DNA of 64,000 nt from the human T2T-CHM13v2.0 reference genome, Homo sapiens, in assembly GCF_009914755.1 (NCBI RefSeq), contig NC_060947.1, one strand, 5' to 3'. Positions 52,015 to 64,000 of the stretch are shown here, in pieces. The notes below the pieces were generated by a model, which was not told the DNA's origin, ran no database searches, and saw only the letters and a program-made list of their open reading frames with translations. Position numbers and translations under genes: made by a program. How positions within the stretch are numbered: position 1 is the stretch's first letter; each line of letters opens with the position of its first letter.

Positions 52015-52380
52015 CATCTTAGTGCATTCTGAGCTACTATAACAAAATATCATAACTCGGTAGCTGATAAACAACAGAAATTTATTTCTCACAGTTCTGG
52101 AGGCTGAGAAATCCAAAATTAAGGCATTGACAGCTTCAGTGTTTTGCTGAGGGCCCACTTCCTTCATAGATGGATGACTTCTCACTATAACCTCCCCTGG
52201 TGGAAGGGGCTAGCTAGCTCTCTGGAGTCTCTTTGATAACAGCATTAATCTCAGTTATGAGGATAGAGCCCTAATGACCTAAAAACCTCTCATAGCCTCA
52301 CCTTCTAATACCATCACCTTGGTATTAGGTTTTAATATGAATTTGAGGCGGGGGGGGTCACAGATATTCAGACTATAACA
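52015..52380 (-). mobile_element. MLT1A-like MaLR LTR inside a MER5-like element
   Basis: aacaacagaaatttatttctcacagttctggaggctg...attcagactataaca. Confidence 0.75.
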
Positions 52381-52529
52381 TCATCCATGTTTGAAAAGCG
52401 CTGCTATGGATGTACAGGATCTTCTTACAGTTTTAAATCATTTAATATCTAATTTCATTGATAGTTGCTCCTGCTACTCAGCTTAAATATCTGTCTTCTT
52501 TGGTCTGTTAAATAGGCAGCAATTCCTTC

Positions 52530-53650
<1,121 letters not shown>

Positions 53651-54590
53651 TCAGACCTTCCAAGTGCTTTGAGATGTTCTCAAGTTATTTAGTTTTACTA
53701 TAACTAATATTAGTTATAATAACAATAAGTGATTTAAAAAATATGTTGGTTGATGAAGATGATTCAGCTGTAAGACTATTAAGCTTTTTTTCCCCAGCAT
53801 CTCTGTAGGAGAATTTTTTAAATAATGTGATTACTCACCATTTATCTTTTTAAAAACTCAAAACACAAGTTAATAAATATATTTTTAATGTTTTGTCTTC
53901 TACATTATGTACTGTGTAATGCCAGTTTTATGGATGTAACAAATGAGTGACTATAAGGTGAAGTGAAAGTATTTAAAGTCACTCAGTCTTTACATGGCAG
54001 AACTAGGGCTTGTCTCTATTCTGTCTCCAGAGCTCACACTCCTGACCAATACACCTAGGAAGAAGAAAAAGCATTTGTGAGGTATGGTGATTACCCAAGG
54101 TCACCATCTAGAGTTAATGGTTTAGATCTGTCACTGTGCCCCAAGTATGTGTCCTGTCTTGCTCCCAGCTCGCTGTTCATTAGACTTGGCATTAGCCTTG
54201 TTACTACGTATAGTGAATCACTTTTCAAGGGCTTAGGATGGATGTTTTCCTGAGGTTAACCTGCAGGTAACATAAGAGTACACTAAGTACCTTCAAATGA
54301 AAAGAAATGGCGTGTTGATTTTCTTATCAGCCCCAAACTATACTGAAAGAACAGAGGAAAATTTCCTAAATCATACAAGATGTGCTTTTTTTCTGTCTGG
54401 CTCCTTCAGCATCTTACCATGAATTTTACATTTATTGTTGTCTATAGTTGTAGATCATTCATTCTCATTAATGTGTAGTATTATGTTGTGTGGATATTTT
54501 GCAATTAAATGTATCTATTATGGGGATATGGCTATTTTTCAGTGTTTGACTTATTATGAATGATAGTGCTATGAATGTCTTCTACATATC

Positions 54591-57500
54591 TTTTTTTAAC
54601 TGTTATTTTAGGTTCAGGGGCACATGTGCAGGTTTGTTATATAAGTAAACTCGTGTCACAGGGGATTGTTGTACAGATTATTTTGTGACCCACGTAATAA
54701 GCCTAGTACCCATTAGTTATTTTTTCTGATCATCTCCCTTCTCCCACCCTCCACCCTCAGGTAGGCCTCAATGTCTGTTGTACCCCTCTTTGTGCCCATG
54801 TGTTCTCACCATTTAGCTCCTACATATAAGTGAGAATATGTGGTATTTGGTTTTCTGTTCCTGCGTAGTTTGCTAAGGATAATGGCCTCCAGCTCCATCC
54901 ATGTTGCTTCAAAGGACATTATTTCGTTCTTTTTTCTGGCTGCATAGTATTCTATGGTGTATATGTACCACATTTTCCTTATCCAGTCTACCATTGATGG
55001 GCATTTCTGTTGATTCCATGTCTTGGCTATTGTGAATACTGCTGCAAGTAGCATGTGTCTTTATGACAGAACAATTTATATTCCTTTGGGTGTATACCCA
55101 GTAATGGAATTGCTGGGTTGAATGGTAGTTCTGTTTTCTACTCTTTGAGGAATCATCACACTGCTTTCCACAATGGTTGAACGAATTTACCCTCCCGCCA
55201 ACAGTGTATAAGCATTCTCGTTTCTCTGCAACCTTGCCAGCATCTGTTATTTTGTAATTTTTAATAATAGCCATCTGACTGTTGGAGATGGTATCTCATT
55301 GTGGTTTTGATTGCATTTCTCTAATGATCAGTAATATTGAGCTTTTATTCATATGCTTGTTGGCCACATATATGTCTTCTTTCGAAAACTGTTCATGTCC
55401 TTTGCCCACTTTTTAATGGAGTTGTTTTTTTCTTGTAAATTTGTTTAAGTTCTTTATAGATGCTGGATATTAGACTTATGTCAGATGCATAGTTGGCAGA
55501 TATTTTCTCCCATTCTGTAGGTTGTCTGTTTACTCTGTTGATAGTCTCTTTTGCTGTGCAGAAGCTCTTTAGTTTAACTAGATTCCATCTGTCAACTTTT
55601 GCTTTTATTGCAGTTGTTTTGATGTCTTCGTCATGAAATGTTTGCCCATTCCTATGTCCAGAATAGTATTGCCTAGGTTGTCTTCTAGGATTTCTATAGT
55701 GTTGGGTTTTACATTTAAGTCTTTAATCCATCTTGAGTTGATTTTTGTATATAGTGTAAGGAAGGAATCCAGTTTCAATCTTCTGCATAAGGGTATCCCA
55801 GCACCACTTATTGCATAGGGAGTCCCTTTGCTTGTTTTTGTCAACTTTCTCAAAAGATCATATGGTTGTAGGTGTGCAACCTTATTTCTGAGCTCTCTAT
55901 TCTGTTCCATTAGTCTATATGTCTGTTTTTGTACCACTAATATGCTGTTTTGGTTGCTGTAGCCCTGTAGTATAGTTTGAAGTTGGGGAGTGTGATGCCT
56001 CCTACTTTATTCTTTTTGCTTAGGATTTCCTTGGCTATTTGGGCTCTTTGGGGTTCCATATGGATTTTAAAGTAGTTTTTTCTAGTTCTGTGAAGAATGT
56101 CATTGGTAGTTTGATAGGAATAGCATTGAACTTGTCAATTGCTTTGGGCAGTGTGACCATTTTCATGATATTAATTTTTCCTGTCCATGAGCATGGAATG
56201 TTTTTCCATTTGTTTGTCATCTCTGGTTTCTTTGAGCAATGTTTCGTAATTCCCACTGTAGAGATTTTTTTTTTTAACCTCCCTGGTTAGCCATATTCCT
56301 AGGTATTTTATTCTTTTTGTGGCAATTGGGAATGGGATTGTGTCCTCATTTGGCTCTAGGCTTGGTTGTTGTTGGTGTATAGGAATGCTAGCGATTTTTT
56401 TTTTTTTTTTTGAGACAGAGTCTCGCTCTGTCACCCAGCCTGGAGTGCGGTGGCATGATCTCGGCTCACTGCAACCTCCACCTCCCAGGTTCAAGTGATT
56501 CTTCTTCCTCAGCCTTCTGAGTAGCTGGGTTCACAGGCACACGCCACCATGCCTGGCTAATTTTTGTATTTTTAGTAGAGATGGGGTTTTACCATGTTGG
56601 CTAGGCTGGTCTTGAACTCCTGACCTCAAGTCATCTGCCCGCCTCTGCCTCCCAAAGTACTGGGATTACAGGCATGAGCCACTGCACCCAGCCTTCAATT
56701 TTTATATGTTGATTTTGGATATTGAGACTTTGCCGACATTGTTTATCAGCTTAAGGAGCTTTTGGGCCAAGACTATGGGGTTTTCTAGATATAGGATCAT
56801 GTCATCTGCAAACACTTTGTAGCATGGTGGCAGTGGAATCCGTCCTTGTTCACACATGCCAGTAGCAGCTGCAGCTGCACTGTGGTAAGATGCACACTGC
56901 TTGGCTGCAACAGGGTGCTAATGGATGCCAGGGTGTCAGCCTTCATGCATGCATTTGCAGCAGCAGCTGGCATTGACAGCATGGCTCAGGGGGATGGGGC
57001 CCCAGCCAGTGACTGTGCACACCTTCATGCTGGTGGTGGTGTTTGCACTCTCTGTACAAGTTCCCGTGGGTGGCAGTGGCCACTCAGGGCAGGTGTGGGT
57101 CTGCTTTTCTCCATGCCTAGTTTTATGCTAACAGCAATTTTGGTGCTGGCAGGGAGGAGGCTGGCGGGCTCCGTGCCTGCCAATGCTCCGACAACAATGG
57201 CGATGTGGCAGGAGGAGGGAGGCAGGGGGAGGGGTAGGGTGTACTCAGTCAGCAGCAGTTGCATTGCAGACTGCACATGCACACATGTGCTGGTGAGGGA
57301 GGGAAGGCTGCATCTGCTGATGCACACACACAACAGCAAAGCAATGTAGAGGGTGGCCATGGGCGAGTGTGCAGGCAAAGCTGCATTGGGGAGGCTGCAG
57401 TCGGGGGAGGATGCAGGTGGGCTGGAGCGAGTCCACTGGGGCTGCTTTTCTCTGCTGGAGCACTCTGCCAGTCAGGAGCAGTCTGCTAGCGCAGGGGCTA

Positions 57501-58135
57501 TGACATGGGCCCACAGGAGATACCTGGGGGCTGCACTGCAAGCAGGCATGACCAGGCTGGGGCCCCAGGAGAGGCCAACAGACTGAGGGGTGTTCAGGTC
57601 AGACCAGCCGTGTCTTATGGGCACGATTGCCCTGCAGCGTTCAGGTCCGACAGTTCCCCTAAGGCTAAAGTCTTCTATAGGAGTGAGTCAAGCCTAGGGA
57701 GATGGGCAACCATGGCCATGCTCCACTACAGATGCTCCTGTACCAAACTCTCTGGGCTCCACTCCAGCTGGAGTTCTGCCCCTGCCAGTTCTCTGAGTAG
57801 CTCTCACTGCCAATTCAAGTGTCCATGGTGGTCAAGGGCTCTTCTCCTGCAGGGATTCCAGAGGCCCGTGGCGAGAGTGGGTTGCTCCTTGCCTGTTCAA
57901 CCCCTTCCCCAGGAGTCACTGGGGACCAGGAATGACCTGGTGTATGGTAGCCCTGAGCAGCGTTCCCAGCTTCCTCCTGCTTCCACCCAGTATCTGTATC
58001 TCCCTTCTGTCTGCTCTCAATGCCTTCCCTCAAGATCTGCTAGGAGTGTGCTAGTCTTCCTGATGCCCTGTCCCTTTGTGGGAGACATTCCCCCTGGCTG
58101 TATCTAGTCGGCCATCTTGCGCCCTTTTTTATTTC
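54591..58135 (-). mobile_element. L1 (L1PB/old L1PA-type) with 5'UTR joined to distal ORF2
   Basis: 3'UTR/ORF2 54591-56814; GC-rich 5'UTR 56815-58125 starting at CAAGATGGCCGACTAG; diverged 13-bp TSD. Confidence 0.8.
56395..56693 (-). mobile_element. AluS SINE nested in L1
   Basis: Reverse Alu. Confidence 0.94.
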
Positions 58136-58680
58136 TCTGCGTATCTTTGATTGGACATTTATTTTCATTTTTCATATGCATGTACCGGTCCTCGGCCTAA
58201 GAATAGAATTTCTGAGTCATAGGGTATGTGTATGTTCAGCTCAGCATATACAGCTAAGCAGTTTTCAAAGTGGTTATTCTAATTTATATTTGTATCAGCA
58301 GTGTCATAGTTTCACTGCTCTACATCCTCGCTGACACTTGGTATACCTTGGTAGCTTTTGTTGTTCTGATGGATGTGTGATAGTATATAGTATCTCATTT
58401 TTCTGTTTTAATTTCTGTTTGATTTAATTTTCTCTCAAGTTTTAAGTTTCTTTTAATATAGACAAGATCCTTTCTCTCTCTTTTTAACTTTCCAATTTAT
58501 TTGCTTAAGGTGCTGGAGTTTACATTCTCAGTTTTGCTGATTGTATCCCTATTGAGTTGTTCATGTTACTCAGTTTCCTTTAAATTGGTAATTAGAGTTA
58601 AAGTAAAAGGTAATTAGAGTTAAAAACTTAATCCTATTCAAATTTTTTTGACAAGGGTGTCTTAGATGTGGCATTATGTA

Positions 58681-59905
58681 CAGTCATGTGTCACTTAACC
58701 ACAGAGATACATTCTGAGAAATACATCATTAGGAGATTTTGTCATTGTGTGAACATCATAGAGTGCACTTACACAAACCTAGATGGTGTAACCTACTACC
58801 TACTTAGGCTATACAGCCTATTGCTCCTAGGCTAAAAATTCATACAGCATGTTACTGTATTGAATAATCTAGGGAACTGTAGCACAAAGGTCAGTATTTA
58901 TGTATCTAAGCATATCTAAACATAGAAAAAGTACAGTAAAAATATGATATAAAAGATTAAAAATGTATATATCTATACATGTGTATTGGTCACTTGCAGG
59001 ACTTGAAGGTGCTCTACGTGAGTCTGTGAGTGAGTGGTGAGTGAATATGAAGGCTTAGGACATTACTGTGCACTACTGTAGATTTTACAAACACTGTACA
59101 ATTAGGCTACATTACATTTATAAAATAGTATTTTTTTCTTCAATAATAAATTAACCTCAGCTTACCGTAACTTTTTAACTTTATAAACTTTTAACGTTTT
59201 TAAACTTTTTTATTTTGTAATAACACTTAACTAAAAACATACATTGTACAGATATGCAAAAATATTTTATTTCTTTATATCCTTATTCTGTTACCTTTCT
59301 TTTACTTATTTATTTATATTTATATTTACTTATTTATTTATATTTACTTTTTAAACTTTTGGGTTAAAAACTAAGACACAAACACACACATTAGTCTAGG
59401 CCTATACAGGGTCAGGATCATCACTATCACTGTCTTCCACCACCAGTCTTGTCCCACTGGGAGGTCTTAAGGGACAATAGCACACATAAAGCTGTCATCT
59501 CCTAAGATAACAATACCTTCTTCTGGAATACCTTTTGAAGGACCTGCATGAGGCTGTTTTATAGTTAACTTTTTTTAATAGGTAGAAGGAATACATTCTA
59601 AAATAACAATAAAAAGTGTAGTAAATACATAAACCAGTAACAGTCATTTATTATCATTAATAAGTATTATGTACTGTACATAATTGCATGTGCTATACTT
59701 TTATACAACTGGCAGTGCAGTAGGTTTGCTTACACCAGCATCAATATATTCTTCACAAACATGTGAAGAATATATTGTGATATGACAGTTAGGACAGCAA
59801 CGTGAGTAGGTGATAGGAATTTTTTGGCTCCATTATATCTTATGGGACTGCTGTTACATATGTGTTCTGGAGTTGACCAAAACATTGTTATGCAGCACAT
59901 GACTG
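58681..59905 (+). mobile_element. Tigger3b/MER7B-like DNA transposon (~1.2 kb)
   Basis: Terminal inverted repeats CAGTCATGTG / CACATGACTG; TA at left flank. Confidence 0.85.
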
Positions 59906-59924
59906 TCCTTCTTATAGCCTCACA

Positions 59925-60665
59925 GGTATCTTAGTCACTTCAGGCTGCTGTAACAAGTTACCATACAGTGGTGGGTTAAATAGTTTATTAGTCCATACTC
60001 ACATTGCTATAAAAAACTACCTGAGACTAGATAATTTATAAAGAAAAGAGGTTTAATTGACTCACAGTCCTGCAGGCTATACAGGAGGCATGGCTGGGAA
60101 ACTCAGGAAACTTATAATCCTGGCAGAAGGCGAAGGGGAAGCAGGCACATTTTACATGGTCAAAGAAGGAGGAAGAGAGTGAAGGGGGAAGTGCCACATA
60201 CTTTTATTCAACCAGATCTTGTGAGAACTCATTCCCTATCATGAGAACAACAAGGGGGAAGTATGCCCCCAAGATCCAATCACCTCCCACCAGGCCCCTC
60301 TTCCAACATTGGGGATTACAATTCAACATGAGATTTGGGTGAGGACACAAATCCAAACCGTATCAAACAACAAGTATGTATTTCTCATGGGTCTGGAGGC
60401 TGCAAGTCTGAGATCAGGGTGCCAGCATGGTTGGATTCAGGTTAAGGGCCCCCTGCCTAGTCCTCACATGGCCTTTCCTTGGTGTGTGCATGTGGAAAGG
60501 AAACAAGCTCTCATGTCTTTTATTACAAGGGCACTAATCTCATCATGAGGGCTGTGTCCTCATGACCCAATTCCTTTCAAAGGCCCCATCCCCAAACACC
60601 ATCACATTGGAGATTAGGCTTTTAACATATAAACTGGGGGTGGTGGTGGGACACAAACATTTAGG
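59925..60665 (-). mobile_element. MLT1A-like LTR with nested MST LTR (~59984-60365)
   Basis: aaagaaaagaggtttaattgactcacag...ggacacaaatccaaaccgtatca. Confidence 0.8.
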
Positions 60666-61596
60666 TAATAGCGCAGCAGGAGCCTCATTGTGTCTGTTTA
60701 TCTCCTCTACTGTGAAGTTCAGGTTGATCACTGGGCTCAGATTTTGTCAGCCCAATCCATCCATTATAACACTTTCCATGTGTTTTTCTCCTCAGGGTTT
60801 TTTCCACTTTCTGAAGATTGTTGTCTAGAGCTATATTTCATTAGAAGTTGCAAAATGGTGATGTTGTAATTTTACAATTTATTCTGCATTTATTAGCTGG
60901 GTGTTTCCTATAACATAACTTGCCCCATGCCGTCAACTATTAGGATTCACTGAGGTATGGAGCACACAAGAAGTGAAGGATGAATGTTTAATTCTTTTGC
61001 AGTATTTTCACTTTTTAGAACGAATAGCTGTTTCCATAGGAGCTTCCAAAGATGAGTAGAGAGTTGGTATTTTTCGTGTTTTGTTTTTCTTTTCTTGTGA
61101 CTCAGAGATGTTCCTGTATTTAATATGTTTTAAACCATTGCAGTCACTAATCTCTTTGATGTTCAAATTGTTTCATTTTTGTCCAGTGAGAGCCTCCTCA
61201 GTTTGGTTTCTGAATCTTTTTGACATGCTTTCTGGTAGGATAATTTGGTCCAGGCTTATCTGATACAATCCTGACCCCAGACCTGGAATCATCTGTCTCT
61301 CTGAGAGAGCCTGATTTCTTTTCATGGGGAATATTTTTAGAGGACTCAATCTGGGTACTAATCAACTGCTTGTAGTTTGTTGCTTTTTTAGTGTACATAG
61401 CCAGTAATTATGCATTATATTTTGAAGATGATACACATCTTGGCTTCCATCCTGAATTGCTCCTCTATGCCCTTATAGATAAATCATTTTTACCAGTTTT
61501 TGTTTTAATCTTCCAGTTTTTAAAAATATAAGCAAATGTGATGTGTGTATTTATTTCCTCCCTGACACAAGTAGAAGGTGGCATATTCTACACCAC

Positions 61597-61797
61597 CACT
61601 ATCCAATGGAAATTTCTGCATTGATGAAAATTGTCTGTATCTGCACTGTCCAACACAGTAGCCACTAGTTTACCTGAGGCTGTTGAGCACCTGAAACATG
61701 GTGAGTATGAGTGAGGTATGAGTTTATAATTTTATTTGAATTTATTTATTAAAATTAAATGGCTACATGTAGCTAGTGACCACCATATTGAACAACA
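61597..61797. mobile_element. MER3-like hAT transposon
   Basis: ctgcactgtccaacacagtagccact...gtagctagtgaccaccatattgaaca. Confidence 0.7.
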
Positions 61798-62596
61798 ACA
61801 GCTCTCTCCATTTTTTTGCACTGCATTTTTCATTTATAATATGTCCTGGAGGTCAATCCATAGCAGTGTAGAGAAGGGATCTTTGTTGCCTTTTATACAT
61901 GCATGGTACTCTAGGAAGTACCTTAGATTACTCAATCAGCCTTCTATTGGTGGACATCTGTCTTATATCTAATCTTCTGCTGTTATGAATTGTTCTGCCA
62001 GGAATGGCCTTGTGTTTATGCCTGTTTGTCTATTTGCATTATATCTTTGGAATAGATTCTTAGGAAAGAGATTGCTGGTTCCAAGAATTAATGCCTATGT
62101 CATTCTATTAAATAGCATCAAATTCCTTCCACAGGGGATGTACCATTTGAAATTACTTCTAGCAATGCATGACAATGCCTGTTTCCTCACAGTCTCTCTA
62201 AGAGGAACTCTGCAGGGAGTAAACATCATGTGAGAAATCTGTGAAAACCATTTTGCTAAGTCAGGAGAGTTTGATGTTCAGACTGGGGTCCTAATCCTGT
62301 GCTTGTCTTTGAGAACTTGGTCTTTACTCCTATCTCCTGTGGCTCTGGGTCCAGTCCCTCAGCGAAGGAGAGGAGTTCTTACATGAAGCAGAAACTCCAT
62401 GTCACCTCAGATGGACACCTCAAATGACTAAATGGAAAAAATCACTCCCTTAGGGATCAGGCAGACTCAAAACAAGTTCAGAAACATACCACTCTGACAC
62501 AGTGAAGAGAAACGGAGAAAGTAAAACTTCTACTTTCTACTTGTGAGAAGAACTAAGACTGTAAGCACACAAGTGTTGCCTTGCCCTTTCCTCTCT

Positions 62597-63935
<1,339 letters not shown>

Positions 63936-64000
63936 GCTTGTTACTTCTTATTGGTCATTTCAGGTTTTGGATTTCTTCATGGTTCACTCTTGGTAGGTTG

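Noticed and set aside
56797-58107. Cluster of ORFs up to 200 aa
   Set aside because: Falls in GC-rich L1 5'UTR sequence

Overview
Human (primate) genomic DNA from the Xq22 BEX/TCEAL gene cluster; no prokaryotic system is present. Two protein-coding genes lie on the + strand: TCEAL9/WBP5 (CDS 691-1005, promoter outside the window) and BEX3/NGFRAP1 (CDS 20495-20830, CpG-island promoter). Each has non-coding 5' exons and one coding exon. The remainder is mostly Alu, L1, MIR/L2, LTR and DNA-transposon sequence; boundaries and subfamilies of older repeats are approximate and were called by eye. The most notable signals not explained by those genes are: an orphan CpG-rich promoter-like element at ~47.75 kb (RFX X-box + full CRE + MYB sites inside an inverted repeat) followed by candidate spliced exons; a splice-flanked, BEX-like decayed exon at 11.9 kb; two twin-primed L1 insertions whose TSDs enclose extra 3' sequence (candidate transductions); an internally deleted L1; a ~150-bp templated duplication inside an MST element; and a candidate AP-1/TEAD enhancer. 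None of these could be checked against databases, so novelty is unverified.
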